Shown here in pieces: positions 48,214 through 64,000 of a stretch of 64,000 nt of DNA (its first letter is position 1; each line of letters begins with the position of its first letter). The stretch lies in assembly GCF_009914755.1 (NCBI RefSeq), contig NC_060926.1, one strand, 5' to 3'. Below the pieces are notes generated by a model that was not told the origin of the DNA, made no database searches, and saw only the letters and a list, made by a program, of their open reading frames with translations. Origin of the DNA: the human T2T-CHM13v2.0 reference genome, Homo sapiens. The translations under genes and the position numbers were made by a program.

Positions 48214-49127
48214 CCATATGACTCAACAATCCCACTCCTAAGTTTTTACTTAAGAGATAAAAACGTATATTTGTAAAAAGGCCTGTAGGCAAATGTTTAT
48301 AGAAGCTTTTTTACATAATTGCTCCAAACTGGAAATGTCATAATGTCTCTCCACTAGTTAACGGGTAAACAAATTATAGTGCATTCATATGCTGGAATAC
48401 TACTCAGCAGTAAAAAGGGACAACCTACTGATGATATGAATGACAAGGGTGCATTTCAAAAGTGTTGAACCAAGTAAAAGAAGCCAGATACAGAATATTA
48501 TATACTTTATGATTCCATGTATTGACATCTGCAAAAGATAAAACCATAGTGACAAAGGAGATGAGATTGACTAACAAAGGACACAAGGAACCTTTCTTAG
48601 GTGACGGAAAGATCCCAAATCTTATTGGTGGTGGTGGTGATGTCAGTATATAAGTTTGTCAAACTTATAGAAGTGTATACGTAAGAAGGGTGAATTTTAC
48701 TGTATATAAATCATATATTAATAGACCTGACTTAAACAAAAAGCAATACAGATTTTTCTCCTCCACTTTGCCCCAAAAAAGGCAGAAGGATGTGAAAACA
48801 GATTTTGTTTGTTTAAAAACTGAAATTTCAAAGATTTTAACCAATGAAGTGACAAGACAAACACAAAAAATTAAATGTAGCTTGCTTTGATGTGACATAC
48901 GACACATCAATAAGGAGTTTTGGGGTGCACTTTAAGCACTAGAAGTTGTTTGAATAACAAGGATGGAAAGAGGAATTCAGGAGGTTCTGCTTAAAAAATG
49001 CAGAGCACATAGCAACACGCCTGGTCTTCTGGTGGCTATTTCAACATTTAAAAGGACAATTATAGTTGGATCATGTGTAAAATGGGCCTGAAATATCCAA
49101 ATTCCTACATGAAAGACAAGGGGTTGT

Positions 49128-49280
49128 TGTAACCATAGCAAGGAAGCAGCTTATCGATGTTTCTTAAAGTGTGGCCCTGGACTGACTTAATCAAAAGTTC
49201 AGGGAATGGGGTCCAGGAATCTGCAGTTTTAACAAACACTCTAGGAGACTCTTACGTATACTAAAAGTGGAGGAACATGG
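49128..49280 (+). repeat. Copy 2 of the local duplication (internally deleted MER5A, no Alu)
   Basis: tgtttcttaaagtgtggccctggactgact...ccaggaatctgcagttttaacaaacac shared with 46806-47250. Confidence 0.9.
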
Positions 49281-49871
49281 CACTTTGGACTTAATATGTT
49301 TGATAAATTGTGGATTTTGTGAAATTCATAATTTTTCTATATGCCTATAATTTATTTACATGTGCATAGTTTATATCAGTAATTCTTTACATTGAAGTGC
49401 TACTTGAGAGTCCATTATCACTCCCAGCAATCCCCCACCAATTCAGAGGCCTTTAATTTCTCCTTTACGATGTACTAGAAAATTCTTCCTGGCCATAGCA
49501 AACTCATCTCAGATGTTTGCAACTTGACTGTGGGTCATGACCACTTCACTGTAGTCACTGCACAGAACTCCTAGACACAGCCCCTAAGTAGGAGGCTGCT
49601 CTTCACCCACAGCTTCCAACCAAACTTTATTTTCTATACCCACCACACAAGACTGCATGTGCAGATCAAACTTTGCTGAAAGGATGGGCTAATTAAAGCA
49701 GGAACTCCCAAAATTAATGCTGCCCTTGGGGGTCCCCTCGCATGCATGCTTCTATTCCTAACCCGGCTTTCTGTCCTCTATTCTTCTGTCTTGGATACAT
49801 TTACTTTCACTTCTTTTCACCTTCTTACCCACAGAAATTGGTCTCAGCCCAGGACTCACTGCCTCCCCCAT

Positions 49872-50320
49872 TGTATTTGTCAGCTATTGTCACAATAATC
49901 TTTATAACAAACTACCCTAAAACTTTAACAATAATTTGTAATACTATTTGTTTAACAATAGTAATGTATTCATCTTCATAAGTCTGCATGTCATTTGGGG
50001 CTTGGCTCCAAACTAAGCTGGACCCAGGTCTACTCCACTGGTCTCTCATCCTCCTTGGAAGAATGGTCTACCTGGAGCATGTTCTTCTCATGGCAATAAT
50101 AGAAATACAAGAGGGCAAGGCCTGCCACACATATGTATTTCAAGTCTCTGCCTTCCTATGTCTATGAAAAGCTCTGTAGCCAAAGTATGTCACATGGCCA
50201 AGTTCAAAGTGCAGGGATTGGAAAGCACACTCCACATACCATGAGGTCACAGCTAGAGTGTGGATGTGTATGCTGCCACAGGGGAGAGAAGCATTGTGAC
50301 CATACATTCAGTCAGCCATA
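49872..50320. mobile_element. MLT1I/J-like LTR remnant
   Basis: gtcagctattgtcacaataat...gcatgttcttctcatggcaa...gtcacatggccaag. Confidence 0.65.
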
Positions 50321-52399
50321 CCCGTCATGAGTATTTCTCTCCTGTCTGAGTAACTAAGTCTAGAGAAATGCCTTGGTGCTTCACAAGGACAGTAATTGAT
50401 AATTATAAACCCTTGAATTTATATAGTCTGGTCCAGTCCTGGGCCAATATGGATGATCCATTCTGTTCCTTTTGGTGAGTGCTCCAAAAGGGGGATTTGC
50501 AAGCATGTATGCATAAATGCAGAAACAAATGCTAACACATGTGCCTGTGCACACTTATATACATGAGCATGTGTACATGTGAACTCTTAAGTACAAACAA
50601 GAGGATTTTCCTAACTGCTTTATAAATTGCAAAGAATTCTATTTCATAATGATTTCAGGACTTCACATTGTACTGAGAAATATCAGTGCCTTTTCTTCAA
50701 ACTTGCCTCTTCCTTCTTCATAACCAAACTCCAGGAGCCAGATCTCTGGACCTCTAAATAGCAAATTCTCTTAAATGCACAAAGCCCCTTGCAAAGCTTT
50801 GAAAATGCCGCTGTAAAATTCTTACCCAAAGTCTTCATTACTTTCATTTTCTGTCTAGGGGGAAGAGAGGGAGTAATTTTATTTTTCCAGTTGTTTGTAA
50901 TTCTTCAAATTCAGGAAGAAATAGAGGCAATGTAGAGCATAGCACTGACCCTGGAACTGCCAAGTAACTCGCCGTGTGCTCTGAAAGAATCTGCTTCTCC
51001 TCTCTAAGTCTCACAGTGTTTTAGGTGGCATCTTGGACCAGGCACTGCCTTGGTTACTTATACCAGGGACTCTCAGCGGCCATTTGTACCGGGTGGACTC
51101 TGAAGTCAGTTTCTTCCAGTGTTCTCAATGGGCACTTACACCAAGGGCTGTCTTTAGTCACTTCATTTCCATTTTCTATAATGTTCTGCCTCTTTTCTCT
51201 GTAGAGAATGTTTACACAATTTTATAATCAGAACAATCTAAACAACCAGGTGGCAATAGTAAGCACAAATGCGAAGTATCACTTTGTATCACTAACAATA
51301 GATGAAATTATTTCATATGGTGGACATCAGCATATTCCTAATGGTCAGCAAGTATAGAATAAGATTTCAAATTTCTTATGTTTTTATTTGGATGATTTTT
51401 TAAAAATATAATGTAATTATAGGATAGTCTGGCTAAACCCTTTTGGCATTTCAGGGCCAAAACTTGCATTTGTGTCTATCAAACCAGCACCAAGTAATGC
51501 TATCTTAATTGTTACAGGCAACTGAGAAAAAGTAAGATGCATATTTTATATAAATGATTCATTGCTACCAAATAAATGTCAAATGACTGGTATCCTCTAA
51601 AAGCAAGTGTTACACAGTGGTTCAAATAAAGAAAAGTCGTGGGAGAATTTAGTCCTCACATAGAATGTAGTTTTGTCAGTGGGCCAGATTGAAAACAACC
51701 TGTCTTAGCTGTCACTATGGTATTTGTTTTCAGAGTAGTGCTGTAGTTTCATTAAATTATCATCTGTTGGGCATCAGCTACCAGTACTGACATGGTCGCT
51801 GGTTTTAGACCACATATCTCACTGAGATTGACTGTTAAGTTAGATTAAAAAAAAAATCTTTGAAGGTATCAGAAAGCAACCACAGCATCCAAGACCTGAG
51901 GGGCTAAGAATGAGAAAGAAACAAAAAGCAATTAGATCAGGGTAATACTCCCTACCATTTTCTCTCTTGAGACATTTAATGAATTATAAGCAAAAAGTGC
52001 AGGGTCTAGGGCCATGCAGGAAGGTGCAGCTTAGAGAGCTTTTAGGAGTCTTATAAGGCCACAGAGACAAAATGTGGAGTTCAGGGCTAGCAAGAAAACC
52101 AGCATTAAAAGGTTAAAGATCCCATAGAAAAGCGAATGGCTGAAAAGTGAGACTGATAGTTTTTTTTCCCCCCATTAAGGCAGTTGCTGGTTCCTAAGTC
52201 ATTCAAATAAGAGAGATTAAAAAACAAAAAAACAAACAAAAACTACGTAGTGAGAGACAGGTAAGAAGCTAAAAAGTGAAAGTCTCATTGTGCTGAGGAG
52301 TCAAAAATTGGAGGTCAGTCTAGCAAAGAGTTGAAGCTTTGAAAAATACCTCCACACTTTCAGCTGAGACTTCTGACAGACTGCAGATAGGAGTAAGGG

Positions 52400-54362
52400 C
52401 AAAGCAGAAATAAACTAGCCTCAAAAAACCTAAAACCCAGCCTCAAAGTATCAAATTACCTAATTGGATTAGGGTGATCTGCCCCTACTCTGTCTGCCAG
52501 AAGAAAATTAAATTGTCTTTGAAGAAGGAAAACATCACACAGAGCTTCTATAATTTTTCATATACAATGTCTAGCATCTGAGTAAAAATCTCTAGGTAAT
52601 GTCAATAAATAGAACCAAGTGACAGAAAATAAAAAGTAAAAAACAGAAACAGATTAGACTTAGAGAAGATTGAGATATTGGTGTTATCAGACACAGGCTA
52701 TAAAATAATTGTGGTTATTTTATAATCATCCTTAAAAAAGGATAATCATCCTTAAAAAAGATGACAAAATGGAGAATTTCATCAAAGACCTGCAATCTAT
52801 TCGAATCTATCAGAAACTTTTAGAACTTAGAGATAAATTAATTGACATACAAATGATTCATAAGCACATAAAAATGCTCAACATCATTAGTCATTGGGGA
52901 AATGCAAACCAAAACCACAATGAAACACCACTTCACACCCACCAATATGCCTAAAATAAAAAAGGCAGTAACAAAGTTTGGCCAGGATGTGGAAAATTAA
53001 ACCCTCGTACCTTGCTGGGGGTGCAAAATTGTGCTGAAACATTGAAAAACAGTTTGGCAGTTTATCAAAATGTTAAACATAGTTACTATATGACCCAGAA
53101 ATTCCACTCCTTGGTACATACCCACGAGAATTGAAAACATATATCTACACAAAAACTTGTACAGCAATGTTCATAGCAACATTATTCATAATAGCCAAAA
53201 AGTAGAAACAACCAAAATGTCCATCAACTTATAAATGGATAAGCAAAATGTGATACATCTATACATGGGAATACTATTCTGCCATAAAAAGGAATGAAGT
53301 ACCAACACATGCTGCAACATGATTGAGCCTTGGTAACAAATGCCAAGTGAAAGAAGCCAGTCGTAAAAGGCTACCTATTGTATGATTCCATTTATATGAA
53401 ATGTCCAGAATAGGCAAATCCACACAGACAGAAAGTAGTGTTTAGTGGTTGCCAGGGTCTGGGAGAGGAGAGAATAGGGGATGACTGCTAATGTGCTTGG
53501 AGTTTCTTTTGGGGATGATGAAAATGTTCTGAAATTAGATAGTGGTGATGGTTGTATGACTCTAGGACTATACTAAAAAACTACTGAATTATACACTGTA
53601 AAAGATTTCATGGTATGTGGATTTAGTTCCCAAACGCTATTATTTAATTAAAAGAAACAATTAATTAATTAAAATTAAGAATTTAGTACATGGGTTTAAC
53701 AACTGCTGAGAGAATTAGTGAACTGGAAAACTTCTCAGGAAAAAAAAATTCCAATTGAATCACAGAGAAAAAATATAATGGAAAATGTAGGGAAAAAACA
53801 TAAAAGATACAGGGAACATTGTGAAAAGGTTTACATATGTGTAATTGGAGTCTTCAAGAAAGAGAGAAGGCAGAAGAAGTATTTAAAGAAATACTAACAA
53901 TTTACAAAAAATTGGTTTAAAAAAACCACAGATTCAAAAATTTCTTTGAACACCAGGCAATTTAAATACAAAACAAAACCACATGTTGATCCATCTAGCG
54001 AAACTGCTGACAAACAAAGATCAAAGAGACATTCTTAAAAGAAGCTCTGGGGAAAAAATACACATTGCCTTCAAAGGAGCAATAGAAGGATTGACAGATG
54101 CCTTTCTACTAGACAAAGAAGTGACATTGTAATGTGCAGAAAAAAATAAACTGACAACTTATAATACTATACTCAGTGAAAATGTCTTTCAAAAATGAAA
54201 GCAAGAAAAAGACATTAAAAAATAAACCAAAGAAACTTGTTTCCAATTGGCTTACAGTAAAATAAATACTAAAGGGAGCTTTTTAAATGGAGGGAAAATG
54301 GCCCAAGATGGAAATTTGAAAATAAAGGGGAGGAGAACTGAAGATTATTATGGGAAAGAGTC
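52400..54362 (+). mobile_element. Ancient L1M 5'/ORF1 remnant (continues after 61822) with an L1MB 3' end nested at ~52830-53650
   Basis: A-rich ORF1-like remnants (gagaattagtgaactggaa, gtaattggagtcttcaagaa); L1MB tail gttctgaaattagatagtggtgatggttg. Confidence 0.65.
52733..52761. repeat. Short tandem duplication of ataatcatccttaaaaaag (region approximate)
   Basis: Direct reading of two adjacent copies. Confidence 0.8.
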
Positions 54363-55785
54363 AATTTATGAGTAAAGTGGGGGAGGGAAGATGGTCCACT
54401 AGACACAGCCAGGTAGAACAGCTCCCACCAAGGGACTGAGACAACTGGCATGCTCCTAACAGATCTTCAGAGGGAAGGCACTGAGAGTGGATGGAGGGAA
54501 GACACAGAAGCTGGGCTGAAGCAGGAGAAAGCTGGGAATCCTGTATAGGGCCAGGAACACCGGGACTTGTTCCTGGCGCCCAATGGCTCTGGGGAAATGA
54601 GTGAGTTGAACTGGCAAGGAGGAACCTGTTCTTGCCATGGGCCTCTGGAACCCTGGCAGGAGAAGATACCTTGACCACCACTGACACTCGAGTTGGCAGG
54701 GAGAGCTGCTTAGAGAAGTGGTAGAGGCAGCACACCAGCTGATGTGGAGCCCAGAGGGTTTGATGTGGGAGCGTCTGTAGTGGAGTACAGCTAGGGACGG
54801 CTATCCCCCTAGGCTCTCCTTGCTCCCATAGGAGACGTTAGTTCTAGGGGAGCTGTAGAAACTGAACTCTGCAGGGTGATCTTGCCGATCAGATGGAGCC
54901 AGTCCAACTTGAGCGCTCCTTGGTATGCTGGCCTCTCCCAGGGCCCCAGCCTGTTCACACCTGCTTGTAGGGCAGTCTAGGGTGCCCTGGGGGGGTATCA
55001 TACCTTCTGCACTTGTGGACCATGCTTGACCAGTGGAGAGCTACGATGGGGTGGCCTGTACGGCCACACACCAGCCCACACGCTCCCTCCCCATACTGTA
55101 GCTTCCTGTGGGCCCACCACATCTCCCAACATAGCTTTGCTGGTGCATGACTGCACACGCAGATTTTGCTTTCCTTGCCCCACCAGCATGGGGGAGTGCA
55201 GTCTCTCACCCCCAGCCCCCGCCGTCACCAACCATCATTGCAGATGGAGCCTTGGTGGGCACAAAGCCAGCCAGCCCCACCTCTGTCAGTGCATCACCCT
55301 TACGCTAGCATTGCATAGAGAACAGCGGGTCCTCCCCAGCCCTGAGCAACCACTCCTAATTGTGGAGCATAGAGAAGGCACCCAGACCTGCGCCCACCAG
55401 CGTCCCACCCCCAGCGAACACCACCTCCAGTGCGACTGCCCACACAGTCACCAGCACAACCACCCCCCTACCCTGCCCTCCTGCCCTAGCTGCATTGCCT
55501 CTGCCACTGTGTGAACACCCACAGAGGGGCAGGCAACCTGGCACCTGCTAGCACTCTGACACAGCTGCCACTATGAGGTCAAATCTCACTGTCACCCCGC
55601 TACGAAACACTTTGGCTGACACCACCTATTGCAGTGTAGTGACGAGTGGTCCAGGGCCACCATGGCCCCTTAGCACAGTGAATTCTTAACCCCAAGGAGT
55701 CAGAGAACAAAGCCAGGGCCCAATACAAGTCCTCCAGAGTTAGAGCACACAGTCCAGGAGCTGGGAGCTGAGCATTGACCCTCTA

Positions 55786-56184
<399 letters not shown>

Positions 56185-57430
56185 CTACCTTATACAACAA
56201 TCAAACCCTCAAGGTCATCAAATAGGATAAAAGAAAAAAAATTTAAAGGTCAGCAAACTCAAAGATTGAAGGTAGATAAGCCCACAAAGAAGAGGAAGAA
56301 CCAGTGCAAAAACTCTGACAACTCAAAAAGCCAGAGTGCTTTCTTTCCTCCAAACAACCACATTGTCTCTTTAGCAAGTGTTCTGAACCAGGCTGAGATG
56401 GCTGAAATGTCGGAATATGGATAGGAATGAAGGTCACTGAGCTACAGGAGTTGAAACTCAACTTGAAACCCGATACAAGGAAGCTAAAAATCATGATAAA
56501 ACAATGCAGGAGCTGACAGAGAAAAGAGCCAGTATAGAAAAGAATGTAATCGACCTAATAAAGATGAAAAACTCACTATGAGAATTTCACAATGCAATCA
56601 CAAGTATTAATAGCAAGAAGAGACCAAGTGGAGGAAAGCATCTCAGAGTTTGATGACTGGCTTTCTGAAATATGACAGTCAGATAAGAATGAAGAAAAAA
56701 GAATAAAAAGAAATGAACAAAACCTCCAAAAAATATGAGATTATGTAAATAGACTAAATCTGTGACTCATTGGTGTACCTGAAAGAGATAGGGAGAATGG
56801 AACCAACTTGGAAAACATATTTCAGAACGTCATCCATGAGAACTTCCTCAACCTTGCTAGAGAGGCCAGCATTCCAATTAAAAAAATCCAGAGAACCCCA
56901 GTAAGACACTTCATAAGAAGATCATCCCCAAGACACTTGATCATCAGATTCTCTAAGGTCAAAATGAAAGAAAAAATTTTAAAGGCAGCTAGAGAGAAAG
57001 GTCAGGTCACCTACAAAGGGAATCCTATCAGCCTAACAGCGATCCTCTCAGCAAAAACCCTACAAGCCAGAAGAGATTGGAGGCCAACATTACATTCTTG
57101 AAGAAAAGAAATTCCAACTCAGAATTTCATATCTGGCCCAACTACACTTCATAAGTGAAGGAGAAATAAAATCCTTTTCAGACAAGCAAATGCTGACAGA
57201 ATTTGTTACCATGAGACTTGCCTGAAGAAAGCACTACATATGGAAAGGAAAGACCATTACTGACCACTACAAAAACACACTGAAGTACACAGACCAGTTA
57301 CACTATAAAGCAACCACATAAACAAGTCTGCAAAATACCCCACTTACATCATGATGACAGGATCAAGTTCACACATATCAATACTAACCTTCAATGTAAA
57401 TGTGCTAAATGCCCCAATTAAAAACACAGA

Positions 57431-58373
<943 letters not shown>

Positions 58374-59740
58374 TCACATGCAGCAACACACATAGGCTTA
58401 AAATAAAGGGATGGAGAAAAATTTACCAAGCAAATGGAAAACAGAAAAAAGCAGAGGTTGCAATCCTAGTTTCAGACAAAACAGATTTTAAACCAACAAA
58501 GACTGAAAAAGACAAAGAAGGGCATTATATAATGGTAAAGGGTTCAATTCAACAAGAAGATCTAACTATCCTAAATATATATGCACCCAACACAGGAGCA
58601 CCCAGATTCATAAAGCAAGTTCTTAGAGATCTTCAAAGAGACTTTAACACCTCACTGACAATATTAGACAGATCAAGACAGAAAATTAACAAAGATATTC
58701 AGGACATGAACTAAGCATGGGATCAAATGGACCTGATAAATATCTACAGGACTCTTTACTGAGAAACAAGAGAATATACATTTTTCTCTTTGTCACATGG
58801 CACATCTTCTAAAATTGATCACACAATCAGAAGTAAAAACACTCCTCAGCAAATGCAAAATAATTGAAATCATAACAATTCTCAGACCATAGTGCAATCA
58901 AATTAGAAATCAAGATTAAGAAATTTACTGAAAACTATACAATTACATGGAAATTGAATACCCTGCTCCTGAATGACATTTGGGTAAGTAATGAAATTAA
59001 GGCAAAAATCAGAAGTTCTTTGAAACTAATGAGAACTAAAATACAACATACCAGAATCTCTGGGACACAGCTAAGTCAGGGTTAAAAGGAAAATTTATAG
59101 CATTAAATGTCCACATCAAAAAGTTAGAAAGCTCTCAAATCAACAGCCTCACATCACAACTAAAAGAACTAGAGAACCAAGAGCAAACAAATTCCAAAGC
59201 TAGCAGAAGACAGGAAATAACCAAAACCATAGCTGAACTAAAGGAAACTGAGACAAAAAAAAAAAACATTCAAAAGATCAGTGAATCCAGGAGCTGGTTT
59301 TCTGAAAAGATTTATGACATAGATAGACCACTAGCAAGATTAATGCAGAAGAAAAGAGAGAAGATTCAAATAAACAGAATCAGAAACGACAAGGGGGATA
59401 TTACCACAGACCCCACAGAAATACAAACAACCATCAGAGAGTATTATGAACACCCATATGCACATAAACTAGAAAAACAAGAAGAAAGGATAAATTCCTA
59501 CGAACATACACCCTCCCAAGACTGAACCAGGAAGAAATTGAATCCCCAAACAGACCAATAACAAGCTCTGAAATTGAGTCAGGAATAAATAGCCTAACAA
59601 CAACAAAAAAGCCAAGGACAAGATAGATTCACAGCTGAATTCTACCAGATATACAAAAGGAGCTGGTACCATCCCTGCTTACACTATTCTAAGAAATTGA
59701 GGAGGAGAAACTCCTCCCTAACTCATTCTATGAGGCTTAG

Positions 59741-59848
<108 letters not shown>

Positions 59849-60348
59849 TGAATCCAGCAGCACATCAAAAAGCTTATCCACCATGATCAAGTAGGCTTTA
59901 TTCCCGGGATGCAAGGTTAGTTCAACATATGCAAATCAGTAAATGTGATTTATCACATAAACAGAACTAAAGACAAAAACCACATGATTATCTCAATAGA
60001 TGCTGTAAAGGCTTTTGATAAAATTCAATCATCCTTCATATTAAAAAATCTCAATAAACTAGTTATTGAGGGAACGTACCTCAAAATAATAAGAGCCATC
60101 TATGACAAACCCACAGACAACATGATACTGAATGGGCAAAAGCTGGAAGCATTCCCCTTGAAAACTGGCACAAGACAAGGATGCCCTCTCCCACCACTCC
60201 TATTCAACATAGTATTGGAAGTTCTGGCCAGGACAATCAGGCAAGAGAAAGAAATAAAGGGCATCCAGATAGGAAAAGAGGAAGTCAAACTATCCCTGTT
60301 TGCAGATGACATGATTCTACATCTAGAATATAGTCTCAACTCAAAACC

Positions 60349-60641
60349 TTTTTTTTTTTATAGACAGAGTCTCACTCTGTTGCCCAGGCTGGAGTGCAGT
60401 GGCACAATCTTGGCTCACTGCAAGCTCTGCCTCCAAGGTTCACACCATTCTCCTGCCCCAGCCTCCCGAGTAGCTGGGGCTACAGGTGCCCACCAACACG
60501 CCCGGATAATTTTTTGTATTTTTAGTAGAGATGGGGTTTTACCATGTTAGCCAGGATGGTCTCGATCTCCTGACCTCGTGATCCGCCCGCCTTGGCTTCC
60601 TGATGTGCTGGGATTACAGGCATGAGCCACCGCGCCCAGCC
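60349..60641 (-). mobile_element. AluY-like nested in L1 RT region
   Basis: gcaagctctgcctcc...ttcacaccattctcc...ttagccaggatggtctcgatctcctgacctcgtg. Confidence 0.93.
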
Positions 60642-61919
60642 CAAAACATTCTTAAGCTGATGAACAACTTTAGCAAAGTCTCAGAACACAAAATCAATGT
60701 ACGAAAATCACTAACATTTCTGTACACCAACAACAGTCAAGCCAAGAGTCAAATCAGGAATGCAATCCCATTCACAATTCCCACCACAAAAATAAAATAC
60801 ATAAGAATACAGCTAACCGGGAAGGTGAAAGATCTCTACAAGGAGAGCTACAAAACCTTGCTCAAAGAAATCAGAGATGACACAAACAATTGGAAAAACA
60901 TTCCATGCTCATGGATAGGAAGAACCAATATTGTTAAAATGGCCATACTGCCCAAAACAATATACAGATTCAATGCTGTTCCTATCATTTTTCGCAGAAC
61001 TAGAAAAAAACTATTTAAAAATTCATATTAAACCAAAAAATAGCCCAAATAACCAAAGCAATCCTAAGCAAAAGGAACAAAGCTGGAGGCATCACAATAC
61101 ATGACTTCAAACTATACTACGGTAACCAAAATAGCATGGTACTGGTACAAAAACAGACACAGAGACAAATGGAACAGAATAGAGAACCCAGAAATAAATA
61201 GAAAACCCATTCCATACATAGGAACAGGCAAAGATTTCATGAGGAAGACACCAACAGCAATTGCAACAAAAGCAGAAATCGACAAATTGGATCTAATTAA
61301 ACTAAAGAGCTTCTGCACAGCAAAGGAAGCTACCAACAGAGTAAACAGACAACCTATAGAATGGGAGAAAACTTTTGCAAACTATGCATCTGACAAAGGT
61401 CAAATATCCAGCATCTATAAGGAACTTAAGCAAATTTATAAGAAAAATACAAACAACCCCATTACAAAGTGGGCAAAGGACATGAACAGACACTATTTTA
61501 GAAAGGACATACATGTGGCCAACAAGCATATGAAAAAAAGCTCAACATCACTGATCATTAGATAAATGCAAATCAAAGCCACAATGAGATACTATCTCAC
61601 ACCAGTCAGCTTGGCTACTATTAAAAAATCAAAAAATAACAGATGGGGGTGAGGTTGGGGAGGAAAGGAACGCTTATATACTGTTGGTGGGAGTGTAAAT
61701 TAGTTCAACCATGTGGAAGACAGTGTGGTGATTCCTAAACACAGGTTTAGCTATAGAACAAACCTGCACATGTACCCCTTAACCTAAAATAAAAGTTAAA
61801 TTTAAAAAAATTTAGGAGTAAATATAAGGAAAACTTATTGTTTTGTAGAGTACTAATGTCTTTGGGAATTTTAAATATGCATAATATTGAATGTATGTAA
61901 TCTTAAAATATATAACTAT

Positions 61920-62200
61920 ATGCCTGTAATCCCAGCACTTTGGGACACCAAAGTGAGTGGTTCACTGGATCACTGGAGATCGAGATCAGTTTGGCCAACA
62001 TGGCAAATCCCTATCTGTACTAAAAATACAAAAATTAGCCGGGCGTGGTGGCGTGCGGTTGTAGTCCTAGCTACTTTGGGAGACTGAGGTGAGAGGATCA
62101 CTTTAACTTGGGAAGTGGAGGTTGCAGTGAGCTGAGATCTCGCCATTGCACTTCAGCCTGGGGGACAGAGTGAGACTGTATCTCAAAAAAAAAAAAAAAA
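61920..62200 (+). mobile_element. Alu (5'-truncated)
   Basis: Alu consensus with A tail. Confidence 0.9.
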
Positions 62201-62366
62201 GAAATATATATATAATTACAACACAAAAGGTGGCAGTAGTTAAAGTAGCGAAGATCTTTGTGTTGTCTGGCAAAGTAGAGTACTAATTTATATTATACTG
62301 TAACCAGTCAGGAATAGGAATGCATGTTGTAATTCTAGGGTAATCACTTAAAGAATTATAAAGATT

Positions 62367-62500
62367 GACTGGATACGGTGGCTCACTCCTGTAATCCCAG
62401 CACTTTCGGAGGTGGAGGTGGGAGGATCACTTGAGTCCCCAAGTTGAAGACCAGCCTGAACCACATAGTGAGACCCCTGTCTCTATATTTTTAATAAATA
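62367..62500 (+). mobile_element. FLAM-like Alu monomer
   Basis: Left-arm consensus only. Confidence 0.8.
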
Positions 62501-62664
62501 AAATTAAAGAAAAAATTATAAAGACTGTATAACTACCAAGCTAGTAGAGTGGAACAATGAAATAATAATAAAATGTAATTTTACCAAAGCAGGCAAGAAA
62601 GGAGAAAAAAAAGGACAAAAGAGCAGGTGGGATAAGACAAAAAGAATAGTTAGCTGTAGTTTTG

Positions 62665-62966
62665 CTGTTGTTGTTTGAGATAGGGTCTCACTGTGTCACC
62701 CAGGCTGGAGTGTAGTGGCATGATCACGGTTCACTGTAGCCTCAACCTCCCAATGCTCAGGTGATCTTCCTGCCTCAGCACCCCCCGCCCCAAGTAGCTG
62801 TAACTACAGGCATGCATCAACATGCCCAGCTAATTTTTGTATTTTTACTAGAGACGTGGTTTCACCATGTTGTCCAGGCTGTTCTCGAACTCCTGGGCCC
62901 AAGCAATCCACCTGCCATGGCCTCCCAAAGTTTTAGGATTACGGATGTGAGCCATTGCACCCAGCC
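62665..62966 (-). mobile_element. AluJ
   Basis: Reverse-complement Alu. Confidence 0.92.
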
Positions 62967-63052
62967 ATATGTAGATTTAAAACCCTAATGTATCAGTAAT
63001 TACATTAAACATACATGGAGTAAGTACTCCTCTTAAAAGTCAAAACTTGTCA

Positions 63053-63480
<428 letters not shown>

Positions 63481-63510
63481 TCATAATAATATCTGTCAAA
63501 GTTTTGTGTG

Positions 63511-63813
63511 TTTTTTTTTTCTTTTTAGGTAACAAAGTCTCACTCTGTCTCCTAGGCTGCAGTGCAGTGGCCCAGTCATAGTTCTCTGCAGCCTTGAATT
63601 CCTGGGCTCAAGCCATCCTCCCGCCTCGGCCTCTTGAGTAGCTGGGACTACAGGTGTGCACCACCATGCTCGGCTAATTTTTTTTTATCTTTCATAGAGA
63701 CGGGGTCTTGCTGTGTTGCCCAGGCTGGTCTTCAACTCCTGGACTCAAGCTGATTTTCCCACCTTGGCCTCCCAAAGTGCTGGGAATACAGGCGTGAGCC
63801 ACTGCACCTGGCC
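63511..63813 (-). mobile_element. AluJ
   Basis: Reverse-complement Alu. Confidence 0.92.
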
Positions 63814-63849
63814 CAAAGTCGATGTTCTAAATGACTCTTCAAAATTTTT

Positions 63850-64000
63850 TAAATAGACTTTATTTTTAGAGCAGTTTTAGGTTTATAGTAAAATAGAGTT
63901 GAAAGTGCAAAGATTTTCCACAGACTTCTTTTCTCCAGCAACCTCCACTATCAACATCCCACACCAGAGTGGTATATTTGTTGCAATTGTTGAACCTACA
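63850..64000 (-). mobile_element. L1M (MB/MC-like) 3' end, truncated by window edge
   Basis: tagactttatttttagagcagttttaggttt...catcccacaccagagtggtatatttgttgcaat. Confidence 0.8.

Noticed and set aside
54361-55551. Cluster of 60-162 aa ORFs
   Set aside because: GC-rich L1 5' UTR; no recognisable protein

Overview
Human (primate) genomic DNA containing the 5' half of EIF2AK3 (PERK, the ER-stress eIF2-alpha kinase) on the minus strand. Coding exon 1 (40974-41278) through the first 69 nt of exon 9 (1-69) splice by GT-AG rules into one continuous frame covering the signal peptide and most of the luminal domain; the transmembrane and kinase exons lie outside the window. The promoter is a CpG island (~40700-41960) with seven CCAAT boxes and UPR-type ACGT motifs. 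The ~22 kb upstream is mostly transposon-derived: Alus, MaLR LTRs, MER5 and an old near-full-length L1PA with a target-site duplication (TSD) and five nested Alus. This haplotype carries Cys136, Gln166 and a 7-Leu signal peptide. I found no evidence of a wholly new gene or system. The most interesting unexplained structures are: (1) an 8-codon uORF whose TGA overlaps the PERK AUG (TGATG); (2) a mid-intron-2 recursive-splice/poison-exon motif with its branch point in a 12-bp hairpin; (3) an exon 4 that begins with a donor-like GTGAGG and ends with a weak donor; (4) a perfect 33-bp inverted repeat next to a local duplication of an internally deleted MER5A. Repeat boundaries are approximate, and subfamily, SNP and isoform names are recalled from memory, not database-checked.
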